The translations under genes were made by a program, and so were the position numbers. A DNA stretch of 64,000 nucleotides from an uncultured Aquiluna sp. (GTDB lineage Bacteria; Actinomycetota; Actinomycetes; Actinomycetales; Microbacteriaceae). Under the pieces are notes generated by a model that made no database searches, had not been told where the DNA came from, and worked only from the letters and a program-made list of their open reading frames with translations. Below are positions 11,868 through 20,904 of the stretch, piece by piece; the first letter of the stretch is position 1; every line of letters begins with the position of its first letter. The DNA is taken from positions 434,001 to 498,000 of the forward strand of contig CAJYLB010000001.1 in NCBI GenBank assembly GCA_913775595.1, written 5' to 3'.

Positions 11868-11873
11868 AGGTTA
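11868..11873 (-). promoter_or_regulatory. Putative -10 box TAACCT for rapZ-whiA, starting at the uvrC TAA stop
   Basis: Minus strand reads TAACCTgtaaccaatcatcaGGGGAGagATG. Confidence 0.45.
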
Positions 11874-13745
11874 GTCCTTCGGCGTGTCGCGCGTGTTGCC
11901 TTCTTGTAAATCACCCAGATATTCGCGAATTTGAGTGGCAAGTTTCAATCCGAATCCATCCAAGGTTGCGATTTCCTCTGCACTAGCCGAGCGGATGCGC
12001 TTTAGAGAGCCATACTTTCGAAGCAGCAGTCTGACCTTCCGCTCCCCCAGCCCGGGAATCTCGAGAAGCTGGGACGCTATCGTCTTGCTCCGCTTTGCCC
12101 TTTGAGCAGTAATTGCGAATCTATGAGCCTCGTCTCTGATTCGCTGGAGAAGGAACAGCTCTTCTGAGGTTCTAGGGAAAATTACCGGATAGTCACTGCC
12201 GGTGGTAAATACCTCCTCAAGTCTCTTGGCTAGCGTCGCGATTGTGATGTCTCCAATGCCGCTGTCCTCGAGGGCCCGGATAGCTGCTCCTCGCTGAGGC
12301 AAACCACCATCAATCAGCATTAGCGACGGTCGATAGCTGAACTTTTCACTAGTTTCTTCCCCTAGATATTTCAGCCTTCGCATGAGCACTTGGTAGATCG
12401 ATTCTGTGTCATCTGCGGTTTCCAGGTTGAATCTGCGGTACTGGTCCTTCTTTGGAAGACCGTCTTCAAACACGACCATGGAGCCGACGGTTCCCGTGCC
12501 GGATAGGTGCGAAATGTCGAAACACTCGATTCTTAGCGGTGCCTCTTCCATTTGCAAGGCTCTCTGGATGCCGGCTAAAGCATCTGCCCTGGCGGTGAAG
12601 TCGCTACTTCTCTTGAGCTTGTAGCTATTGAGAGCGTGCTCCGCATTCGTCTGGGCTGTTTTGGCAAGGGTTGCCTTCTCCCCTCGCTGCGCCGTCGCGA
12701 CTTTTACTGGCTTCCCTCGCTGGCCAGACAGGAATGCCTCCACTGGGGTTTTGTCTTTTGGTAGCTCGGGCACCAATAAAAGCTTTGGAATTTCCATCGA
12801 GGTTCCCTTTGCGTTTGGAGTGTAGAGCTCTTGAATTAGGTACTCGATGAGCTCCGAGTTATTTCTATCTAGCTCCAGGTCAACCACCATTGATCGGTTG
12901 CCTCGAATCCTTCCGCCGCGAACAATAAAAATTGACACGGCAGCACTCAGTTCATCTCTCGCAAGTCCAATGAGGTCAGCGTCTGTCTGATCAGACAGCA
13001 CCACAGTTGTCTTCTCTAGCACTTTTTCCAGTGCCGCTACGTCATCTCTAAGGTTGGCGGCAAGTTCGAAGTTTTCCGCATCACTGGCCTGCTGCATTTT
13101 TTCTCGAAGTTCTGCAACATGATGCTCGCTTCCGCTGGCAACGAAATCCCCCAGTCGCTTCGCAAGTGCCTTGTGTTCGGGTTTGGAGATCCGGTCGACG
13201 CATGGCGCCGAACACTTGCCGATTTCGGCAAGGAGGCACGGCCTCCCGGAGCGGACAGCGCGGTCATAGACACCCTTAGAACAGGACCTAACGGGATAGA
13301 CCTTCAGCAGCGTGTCCAGAGTCTCCCTAATGGCCCAGGCTTGGGTGTAGGGGCCGAAATACCTAAGTCCACGTATTTCACGGTTACGGGTTATGAAGGC
13401 CCTAGGCACGTCCTCGGAAACAGAAATGGCCAGGTAGGGATAGCTTTTGTCGTCGCGAAAGCGAACATTGTAGGGAGGATCGAACTCCTTGATCCACATG
13501 AATTCAAGCTGTAGCGCATCGTATTCGGTGTCAACGATGGTCCACTTCACATCTGATGCCGCAAGCAGCATTCTCTGGGTTCGCTCATGGAGTTTGCTGA
13601 AGGTGCCAAAGTAGCTCGTTAGCCTCGACTTAAGGTTCTTGGCCTTGCCTACGTAAAGGACTCTTCCCCGTTTATCTAAGAATCGATATACGCCCGGTTG
13701 GGTTGGGATCTCAGAGGTTTTGGGTCTAAAGCTGAGTTGAGTCAT
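11871..13745 (-). CDS. uvrC: Excinuclease ABC subunit C
   Basis: GIY-YIG nuclease (PGVYRF..YVGKAKNL), RIECFDISH, IDGG, RDEAHRFAI and HhH. Start moved to ATG 13745 (MTQLSFRP) because the longer ORF overlaps uvrA. Confidence 0.95.
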   Translation of the reverse strand: MTQLSFRPKTSEIPTQPGVYRFLDKRGRVLYVGKAKNLKSRLTSYFGTFSKLHERTQRMLLAASDVKWTIVDTEYDALQLEFMWIKEFDPPYNVRFRDDKSYPYLAISVSEDVPRAFITRNREIRGLRYFGPYTQAWAIRETLDTLLKVYPVRSCSKGVYDRAVRSGRPCLLAEIGKCSAPCVDRISKPEHKALAKRLGDFVASGSEHHVAELREKMQQASDAENFELAANLRDDVAALEKVLEKTTVVLSDQTDADLIGLARDELSAAVSIFIVRGGRIRGNRSMVVDLELDRNNSELIEYLIQELYTPNAKGTSMEIPKLLLVPELPKDKTPVEAFLSGQRGKPVKVATAQRGEKATLAKTAQTNAEHALNSYKLKRSSDFTARADALAGIQRALQMEEAPLRIECFDISHLSGTGTVGSMVVFEDGLPKKDQYRRFNLETADDTESIYQVLMRRLKYLGEETSEKFSYRPSLMLIDGGLPQRGAAIRALEDSGIGDITIATLAKRLEEVFTTGSDYPVIFPRTSEELFLLQRIRDEAHRFAITAQRAKRSKTIASQLLEIPGLGERKVRLLLRKYGSLKRIRSASAEEIATLDGFGLKLATQIREYLGDLQEGNTRDTPKD

Positions 13746-13749
13746 GACG

Positions 13750-16599
13750 CTATGCCAATAGCTCAGCCAAGAACTTACCGGTGTGCGACGTCTTGCTAGC
13801 CGCAACCTTTTCAGGCGTGCCCTCTGCAATCACCTGTCCTCCGCCACTGCCACCTTCGGGACCCAGGTCAATAACCCAGTCGCAGCAACGAATGACATCT
13901 AGGTTGTGCTCAATCACAATGACGGTGTTTCCCTTGTCGGTGAGGTCCGAAAGCACGTTCAGAAGTTTCTTGGTGTCCTCGAAATGGAGACCAGTGGTCG
14001 GCTCGTCTAGAACGTAAATGGTCCGACCAGTCGACCTGCGCTGAAGCTCTGTTGCAAGCTTGACGCGCTGCGCCTCACCACCGGAGAGCGTGGTCGCACT
14101 CTGCCCCAACCTGACATAACCAAGGCCAACATCCACCAAGGTATTTAGGTACCGAGCAATTGAGTTGATAGGGGCAAAGAACTCGGCAGCCTCGCTAATT
14201 GGCATCGCGAGGACGTCTCCAACGGACTTCCCTTTGTACTTCACCTGCAGGGTCTCACGGTTGTAGCGAGCACCTTTGCAGTCCTCACAGGTCACATACA
14301 CATCCGGCAGGAAGTTCATCTCGATGCGGATGGTTCCGTCACCGCTGCAGCTCTCGCAGCGACCACCTTTCACGTTGAAGGAAAACCTTCCCTGCTGGTA
14401 GCCACGAACCTTGGATTCAGGAGTCTCGGCGAAAAGCTTCCTGATGTGGTCAAAGACTCCGGTGTATGTTGCCGGATTTGACCTGGGTGTGCGACCAATA
14501 GGCGCCTGATCGACGTGCACAACCTTGTCCAGTTGCTCAAGTCCCTCAACGCGAATGTGTCGCCCAGGAACGCCTTTGGCGCCATTGAGCTTGTTGGCGA
14601 GCACCTGGTAGAGCACGTCGTTTACCAGAGAGGATTTGCCGGAACCACTAACGCCAGTGACAGCTGTCATCACTCCAAGTGGGAAGCTCACATTGACGTC
14701 TCTCAGGTTGTTTTCCTTGGCCCCAACAACCTTTATCTGACGCTCTTTGTTTGTCTTGCGTCTTTTCTTGGGAGTTTCAATCTTTATGCGGCCTGAGAGG
14801 TAGTCCCCGGTTATCGAGTTGCGATTGTCCAAAATAGCTGCATACGAGCCGGAGTGGACAACTTCACCGCCACCCAGGCCAGCTCCAGGCCCGATGTCTA
14901 CCAGCCAGTCCGCGGCCTTGATGGTGTCCTCATCATGTTCCACGACGATCAGAGTGTTACCCAGATCACGGAGCTTTATAAGGGTTTCAATGAGCCTGCG
15001 ATTGTCTCGCTGGTGCAGGCCGATGGAGGGCTCATCAAGGACATAGAGGACACCAGTCAGTCCAGCCCCAATTTGGGTGGCGAGCCTGATTCTTTGAGCC
15101 TCGCCTCCGGAAAGAGATCCCGCACTCCTCTCAAGTGAGAGGTAGTCCAGCCCCACTGCTAAAAGGAAATCAAGTCGAGCACGAATCTCTCGAAGCACCT
15201 GAGCCGCAATCTTCTGCTCACGGGTCGAGAGCTTGAGACCTTCGAAGAAACTGTGAGCCTGGCCCAGTGAGTAGATTGCCACATCGTGGATAGATTTCCC
15301 GTGGACTTTGACTGCAAGTACCTCTGGCCTGAGCCTTGCTCCCTGGCAGGCAGGGCACGGTATCTCTCTAAGGAACTCCGCCCACTTGCCTCTTGCCCAG
15401 TCAGAATCCGACTCGTGGTAGCGCCGCTCGACATAAGGCAGCACCCCTTCGAATCCTGATGTGTAGCGCATCTCCCGGCCGTACTTGGAGCGCCACTTTA
15501 CCTGCACCTCAAAGTCGTTGCCATTTAGAACGGCGTCCCTCACGGACTCGGGTAACTTCTCCCAAGGAGTATCGAGGTCAAACTCAAGGTCACTCGCAAG
15601 ACCCGCGAGGAGTCTGGTGAAGTAGCTGTAGAGGCCCTTGCCTTGGGTTGACCAGGGCAAAATGACCCCCTCATTGATGGTCGAAGCTGGGTCCCCAACA
15701 ACTAGCTCTGGGTCTACCGCCATCTTCGTACCGAGGCCGGTGCAATCTGGGCAGGCTCCGAAGGGGGCATTGAAGGAAAAGGTTCGAGGTTCAATCTCGC
15801 TAAGAACTATCTCGTGCTCGTTTGGGCAACTAAGCCGTTCGCTGAAGGTTCGCTGCTTTTTCTCATCGACAAAATCGACAACGACCCTGCCGTCGGCAAG
15901 CTTTAGGGCTGTTTCAACGCTGTCGGTGATTCTGCCCTGCGCATCAGGCTTTACCACGAGACGATCGACGACTACCGAAATGTCGTGTTTGTAGCTTTTC
16001 TTTAGCGGCTTAGCCTCAGAAAGAGTAACGGTCTCTCCATCCACTACCGCACGCGCGTAACCCTGGGATTGAAGGGAAGCAAAGAGGTCTACAAACTCCC
16101 CCTTTTTCTGCTGGACGATTGGAGCTAGCAGCTGGAACCTTGTTCCCTCTTTGAAGGCCATCAGCTGGTCAACAATTGCTTGGGGCGTTTGCTTGGAAAT
16201 GATCTCGCCACACTCGTGGCAATGCGGCACACCAATCCTGGCCCAGAGAAGCCTCAGGTAATCATGAATCTCGGTGATGGTGCCGACGGTCGAGCGCGGA
16301 TTCCGGTTCGTAGATTTTTGGTCGATAGAGACTGCCGGTGACAACCCTTCAATGAAGTCCACATCCGGCCTGTCAACCTGCCCCAGGAACTGGCGCGCAT
16401 AGGCGCTCAGAGACTCAACATAACGACGCTGCCCCTCGGCAAAGATGGTGTCGAAGGCCAGAGATGACTTCCCAGAGCCGCTGAGACCCGTGAAGACCAC
16501 CATGGCATCTCTTGGAATCTCTAGGTTTAGATTCTTCAGATTGTGAACTCGAGCACCTTTGATTGCTAGATGCGGGCCTTTTGGGTTCTCGATGATCAC
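13750..16599 (-). CDS. uvrA: Excinuclease ABC subunit A
   Basis: Two ABC ATPase domains ([26 protein letters not shown] twice) and Zn fingers. Confidence 0.98.
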   Translation of the reverse strand: MIIENPKGPHLAIKGARVHNLKNLNLEIPRDAMVVFTGLSGSGKSSLAFDTIFAEGQRRYVESLSAYARQFLGQVDRPDVDFIEGLSPAVSIDQKSTNRNPRSTVGTITEIHDYLRLLWARIGVPHCHECGEIISKQTPQAIVDQLMAFKEGTRFQLLAPIVQQKKGEFVDLFASLQSQGYARAVVDGETVTLSEAKPLKKSYKHDISVVVDRLVVKPDAQGRITDSVETALKLADGRVVVDFVDEKKQRTFSERLSCPNEHEIVLSEIEPRTFSFNAPFGACPDCTGLGTKMAVDPELVVGDPASTINEGVILPWSTQGKGLYSYFTRLLAGLASDLEFDLDTPWEKLPESVRDAVLNGNDFEVQVKWRSKYGREMRYTSGFEGVLPYVERRYHESDSDWARGKWAEFLREIPCPACQGARLRPEVLAVKVHGKSIHDVAIYSLGQAHSFFEGLKLSTREQKIAAQVLREIRARLDFLLAVGLDYLSLERSAGSLSGGEAQRIRLATQIGAGLTGVLYVLDEPSIGLHQRDNRRLIETLIKLRDLGNTLIVVEHDEDTIKAADWLVDIGPGAGLGGGEVVHSGSYAAILDNRNSITGDYLSGRIKIETPKKRRKTNKERQIKVVGAKENNLRDVNVSFPLGVMTAVTGVSGSGKSSLVNDVLYQVLANKLNGAKGVPGRHIRVEGLEQLDKVVHVDQAPIGRTPRSNPATYTGVFDHIRKLFAETPESKVRGYQQGRFSFNVKGGRCESCSGDGTIRIEMNFLPDVYVTCEDCKGARYNRETLQVKYKGKSVGDVLAMPISEAAEFFAPINSIARYLNTLVDVGLGYVRLGQSATTLSGGEAQRVKLATELQRRSTGRTIYVLDEPTTGLHFEDTKKLLNVLSDLTDKGNTVIVIEHNLDVIRCCDWVIDLGPEGGSGGGQVIAEGTPEKVAASKTSHTGKFLAELLA

Positions 16600-16611
16600 C
16601 GTAGAAGTCTA
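16600..16611 (-). promoter_or_regulatory. Putative leaderless promoter of uvrA; -10 TAGACT begins with the uvrB stop
   Basis: TAGACT-tctacg-GTG, no SD. Confidence 0.6.
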
Positions 16612-18675
16612 TGCATGGCCGGCTTGCTCAAATTGCCTTAGCTCTCTTTTGAGCTCCGCAATCTCATCGCGAATCCGAGCCGCGAGCTCAAACTTGAGTT
16701 CGGCTGCTGCTGCTTTCATTTGGGCATCAAGATCAATGATCGTAGCCAAGAGCTGATCACTTCCGGCCTTACCAATGTCTCTGCGTCCACGCATCGGCGT
16801 TGATGCCACCTTTCTGGCAGGCTGCTTTCTAAGGCTTTCCATGAGTGCTTCGGTATCAAGTTCCTCACGATTCAGGCTGTCCGTTATGTCGGCGATCTTC
16901 TTTCTCAGCGGCGTGGGGTCAATACCGTTTAGCTTGTTGAATTCAATCTGCTTCTCGCGGCGACGGTTAGTCTCGTCGATTGCCCTCTTCATCGAGTCGG
17001 TAACCTTATCTGCATACATGTGGACCTCACCATTCACATTCCTTGCGGCACGTCCTATCGTCTGAATAAGTGAGGTGGTAGAGCGGAGGAATCCCTCCTT
17101 GTCGGCATCGAGAATTGCTACGAGCGAAACCTCCGGGAGGTCGAGACCCTCTCTCAGCAGGTTGATGCCGACTAGCACGTCGTAGAGACCCTGACGCAAC
17201 TCCCTGAGGAGCTCTACTCGTCGTAGGGTGTCCACATCAGAGTGGAGGTAGCGCACACGAATGCCCATCTCTGTTAGGTACTCGGTCACCTCCTCTGCCA
17301 GCCTCTTGGTGAGGGTGGTAACAAGGACGCGTTCGTCGCGCTCAGTCCGGGTTTTGATCTCCTCGAGTAGGTCATCGATTTGGCCCTTTGCGGGCTTGAC
17401 GTGGACCTCCGGGTCGACGAGGCCGGTAGGGCGGATAATTTGCTCAACAACACCGTCTCCGAGATTCAGCTCATAGTCGGCTGGGGTTGCGGAGAGGTAA
17501 ACCGTCTGGCCAGTCCTCTCAAGAAACTCTTCAAAACGAAGGGGCCTGTTATCAAGCGCTGAGGGCAGTCTGAAACCGTGCTCGACGAGGGTACGCTTCC
17601 TTGAGGAGTCGCCGTTATACATTGCCCTAATTTGAGGAATGGTTACGTGTGACTCATCGATGACTGTTAGGAAGTCCTCTGGAAAGTAGTCCAAGAGACA
17701 TGCAGGCGGCTCCCCCTGGCTTCGGCCATCTATGTGCCTTGAGTAGTTCTCTATCCCGGAGCAAAACCCAAGCTCCCGAATCATCTCGAGGTCGAAAGTG
17801 GTGCGCATCTTGATGCGCTGTGCCTCAAGGAGCTTTTGCTGCCTCTCAAACTCTCGGTATCTATGTTCCAACTCATTCTCGATGTCTTCGATTGCCTGTG
17901 CCATGCGTTCTGCGGGTGCAACGTAGTAGCTGGCTGGATAGATCGCTACACTTTCGCGCTCCATCAAAATCTCACCGGTCAATGGATGAATGCGGTAGAT
18001 CCTCTCAACCTCGTCACCAAAAAATTCAATACGCGTCGCCTCTTCGTCATAGACGGCGATGACCTCCACGGTGTCACCCTTGACGCGGAAGTTGCCCCTG
18101 ATGAACTCAACATCATTTCGTTGATATTGGATCGCAACCAAGGCGCGAATCAGTTCATCTCGATCTATCCGCTGTCCCACGCTAATCGGGAGTGACTGCG
18201 CAAGGTACTCCTTGGGAGCTCCGAGGCCATAGATGCAGCTAACTGTTGCAACCACGATCACATCTCTTCGAGACAGAAGCGACATGGTCGCTGAGTACCT
18301 GAGTCTCTCGACCTCTTCGTTGATGGTCGAATCCTTCTCTATGAAGGTATCCGTCTGAGGAACATAGGCCTCAGGCTGGTAGTAGTCGTAATAGCTGACG
18401 AAGTACTCGACAGCGTTTTCTGGAAACAGTTCCCGCAATTCACCCGCTAGCTGGGCTGCGAGGGTCTTGTTATGGGCAATTACCAGCGTTGGGCGCTGCA
18501 GTCGTTCTATGAGCCAAGCGGTGGTAGCACTCTTTCCCGTTCCGGTTGCGCCCAAGAGAACGACGTCTCGCTCTCCCGCTCGAACCCTGCGCTCCAGTTC
18601 GTCAATAGCTTTTGGCTGATCACCAGACGGTGTGTACTCGCTGATGACCTTGAAAGGTCTTTGGCTTTGCTCCAC
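16609..18675 (-). CDS. uvrB: Excinuclease ABC subunit B
   Basis: Motifs [36 protein letters not shown] and C-terminal UVR. There are tandem GTGs at 18678 and 18675; the second fits the -10 spacing. Confidence 0.97.
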   Translation of the reverse strand: MEQSQRPFKVISEYTPSGDQPKAIDELERRVRAGERDVVLLGATGTGKSATTAWLIERLQRPTLVIAHNKTLAAQLAGELRELFPENAVEYFVSYYDYYQPEAYVPQTDTFIEKDSTINEEVERLRYSATMSLLSRRDVIVVATVSCIYGLGAPKEYLAQSLPISVGQRIDRDELIRALVAIQYQRNDVEFIRGNFRVKGDTVEVIAVYDEEATRIEFFGDEVERIYRIHPLTGEILMERESVAIYPASYYVAPAERMAQAIEDIENELEHRYREFERQQKLLEAQRIKMRTTFDLEMIRELGFCSGIENYSRHIDGRSQGEPPACLLDYFPEDFLTVIDESHVTIPQIRAMYNGDSSRKRTLVEHGFRLPSALDNRPLRFEEFLERTGQTVYLSATPADYELNLGDGVVEQIIRPTGLVDPEVHVKPAKGQIDDLLEEIKTRTERDERVLVTTLTKRLAEEVTEYLTEMGIRVRYLHSDVDTLRRVELLRELRQGLYDVLVGINLLREGLDLPEVSLVAILDADKEGFLRSTTSLIQTIGRAARNVNGEVHMYADKVTDSMKRAIDETNRRREKQIEFNKLNGIDPTPLRKKIADITDSLNREELDTEALMESLRKQPARKVASTPMRGRRDIGKAGSDQLLATIIDLDAQMKAAAAELKFELAARIRDEIAELKRELRQFEQAGHA

Positions 18676-18687
18676 CACTAAAGCCTA
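18676..18687 (-). promoter_or_regulatory. Putative leaderless promoter of uvrB; -10 TAGGCT begins with the coaE stop
   Basis: TAGGCT-ttagtg-GTG, no SD. Confidence 0.55.
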
Positions 18688-19260
18688 GGAGAAAGTCGCA
18701 AAGACCTCGTCGGCTCTTGAAATTAGCTCATCCATTGGACAGTTTGAGTCGATCACAGTATCGGCCCTTGCCTCCCGCTCGGCATCGGAAGCCTGCGCAG
18801 TAATTCTGCCCATAGCCTCCTCCTTCGACATGCCTCTGAGAGTCACGAGCCTGTCAATCCGAACAGCTTCATCACAACTCACCGTGACCACTCGGTCGAA
18901 TTCCAACTTCGAGCTTGTCTCAGCCAAAAGGGGAATCGTGTAAACGATGACTCCACCCAGGCCTTTGACGCGCTCGGCGGCCAGCCTTTGGATTCTTGGA
19001 TGCAAAATAGCCTCTAGGTCTTTGCGGGATTGGTCATCTGCGAATGCAACCTTGGCCAGCGCACCCCGGTCCAAAGAGCCATCTGCCAAGAGAATTTCCT
19101 TGCCAAAACGTTCGACAATTTCGGCTAGCCCCTCGGTACTAGGCTCGACCACTTCCCTCGCGAGTAAGTCAGCGTCAATCTCGCGAGCCCCTAGCTCGAC
19201 CCAGCGTGCTGCAACCGTTGTCTTCCCGGATCCAATACCGCCAGTTAGTGCAATGAGCAT
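18685..19260 (-). CDS. coaE: Dephospho-CoA kinase
   Basis: Motifs LTGGIGSGKTT, IDAD, LDRGALA and LEAILHPRI; lies between rpsA and uvrB. Confidence 0.95.
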   Translation of the reverse strand: MLIALTGGIGSGKTTVAARWVELGAREIDADLLAREVVEPSTEGLAEIVERFGKEILLADGSLDRGALAKVAFADDQSRKDLEAILHPRIQRLAAERVKGLGGVIVYTIPLLAETSSKLEFDRVVTVSCDEAVRIDRLVTLRGMSKEEAMGRITAQASDAEREARADTVIDSNCPMDELISRADEVFATFS

Positions 19261-19272
19261 CTTGCAAGGATA
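19261..19272 (-). promoter_or_regulatory. Putative leaderless promoter of coaE (-10 TATCCT)
   Basis: TATCCT-tgcaag-ATG, immediately after the T-tract of the rpsA terminator. Confidence 0.55.
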
Positions 19273-19305
19273 AAGAAAAACGGAGGGCCCTGCTGGACCC
19301 TCCGT
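19272..19305 (-). terminator. Intrinsic terminator of rpsA
   Basis: Minus strand ACGGAGGGTCC-agca-GGGCCCTCCGT (11-bp stem with one G-U) followed by TTTTCTTT. Confidence 0.85.
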
Positions 19306-19323
19306 CTTGATTTCTTAGATTTA

Positions 19324-20781
19324 CTACTTGTCTTCTGAGAGCTGATCGCGCAATGCGGCTAGCGACTCGTCTTCGGCGAGAGTGCCGGAGTCCTGAGCCT
19401 CGCCAGAACTTACGCTGGCCTGCTCGGCTGGTGCAGCATCTGGAAGCGCGGCTAGCTGCTCGCGAATTGCCTTTACCTGAGTCTTGTGGAGTTCCCAACG
19501 CTGCTGGGATTCCGCATAGTCAGCCTCCCATTTTGCCTTGGCCTCATCGAAGCCTGGCTTCCACTCGTTAGTCTCAGGGTCAAAGCCTTCTGGGTAGCGG
19601 TAGTTACCCTTCTCGTCGTAATCGGCATCCATACCGTAAAGAACAGGGTTGAAGTCCGTGCTGTCTGGGTCTACCTCGTCAACTGCCTGCTTCAGGGATA
19701 GCGAGATTCTCCTGCGCTCTAGGTCGATGTCGATGAGCTTGACAAAGACTTCCTGGTTCACGGTGACAACCTGATCCGCGTGCTCAACGTGCTTGCTGGA
19801 GAGCTCGGAAATGTGAACGAGACCCTCGATACCATCTGCTACGCGGACAAATGCACCGAAAGGCACGATCTTGGTGACCTTGCCTGGGATGTACTGCCCA
19901 ATGGCGTGGGTTCTTGCGAATACCTGCCATGGATCTTCCTGGGTCGCCTTCAGAGACAGTGAAACGCGCTCCCTGTCCTGATCCACCTCGAGAACCTCTA
20001 CGGTGACCTCCTGGCCAACCTCTACAACCTCGCTGGCGTGCTCAATGTGCTTCCAGCTCAGCTCTGAAACGTGGACGAGACCGTCTACGCCACCGAGGTC
20101 GATGAAGGCACCAAAGTTGACGATCGAGGAAACCGTTCCGGTCCTGATCTGTCCCTTGGTTAGGTCATTCATCATGGTTGAGCGGCTCTCGCTCTGACTC
20201 TGCTCCAGCAGTGCACGACGAGAGAGAACTACGTTGTTGCGGTTCTTGTCTAGCTCAAGAATCTTGGCCTCAACCTCGGTTCCGAGGTATGGACCTAGGT
20301 CGCGCACGCGACGCAATTCAATTAGCGAGGCAGGAAGGAAGCCACGAAGACCGATGTCAACGATGACACCACCCTTCACAACCTCGATAACAGTTCCCTT
20401 GACGATGCCATCGGCGTCCTTGACCTTCTCGACATCTCCCCAGGCGCGCTCGTACTGAGCACGCTTCTTGCTGAGAATCAGACGGCCTTCCTTGTCCTCC
20501 TTCTGGAGAACTAGGGCCTCTACGGCGTCGCCAACATTGACGATGTCGTTTGGATCTGCGTCCTGGCGGATTGAAAGTTCGCGGGATGGGATGACGCCTT
20601 CGGTCTTGTAACCGACGTCTAGGAGCACCTCGTCACGGTCAATCTTGACCACGGTGCCGGAGATGAGATCTCCATCGTTGAAAAATTTGAGTGTTGCTTC
20701 GACCGCTGCTAGAAAATCTGCTTCTGAGCCGATGTCATTGACTGCTACCTTGGTGGTTTTTGCGGTCGTCTTGGATGCCAT
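19324..20781 (-). CDS. rpsA: 30S ribosomal protein S1
   Basis: Four S1 repeats (VAVNDIGS, DVGYKTEG, GFLPASL, GLVHVSEL, GLVHISEL). Start at ATG 20781 with a GGAG SD. Confidence 0.97.
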   Translation of the reverse strand: MASKTTAKTTKVAVNDIGSEADFLAAVEATLKFFNDGDLISGTVVKIDRDEVLLDVGYKTEGVIPSRELSIRQDADPNDIVNVGDAVEALVLQKEDKEGRLILSKKRAQYERAWGDVEKVKDADGIVKGTVIEVVKGGVIVDIGLRGFLPASLIELRRVRDLGPYLGTEVEAKILELDKNRNNVVLSRRALLEQSQSESRSTMMNDLTKGQIRTGTVSSIVNFGAFIDLGGVDGLVHVSELSWKHIEHASEVVEVGQEVTVEVLEVDQDRERVSLSLKATQEDPWQVFARTHAIGQYIPGKVTKIVPFGAFVRVADGIEGLVHISELSSKHVEHADQVVTVNQEVFVKLIDIDLERRRISLSLKQAVDEVDPDSTDFNPVLYGMDADYDEKGNYRYPEGFDPETNEWKPGFDEAKAKWEADYAESQQRWELHKTQVKAIREQLAALPDAAPAEQASVSSGEAQDSGTLAEDESLAALRDQLSEDK

Positions 20782-20895
20782 ATGTGTGGGTACTCCACTT
20801 GTTTTACTCGGGTCGCGCCTACACCACAAAACTTTCTGTGGTTTTAGCCCGACGAACGGACAGGGATGGTGCCCTGAGGCACCTGGGAAAGCTTA
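20782..20895 (-). promoter_or_regulatory. rpsA promoter (-10 TAAGCT, 20895-20890) and structured 5' leader
   Basis: Hairpins GGTGCC-tcag-GGCACC and ACCACAGA-aagt-TTTGTGGT, the latter enclosed by TCGGG/CCCGA. Confidence 0.55.
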
Positions 20896-20904
20896 GCGCC
20901 ATTT

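Noticed and set aside
13746..13752. TAGCGT before uvrC as a promoter
   Set aside because: It is only 1 nt from the ATG, so translational coupling to uvrA is the better explanation.
13746..13829. N-terminal extensions in the ORF track for uvrC, and likewise rpsA, gltD, hisE, aroK, trpE and the trp membrane protein
   Set aside because: The extensions overlap upstream genes or leaders and do not resemble the family N-termini. Downstream starts fit SD, -10 or coupling signals.
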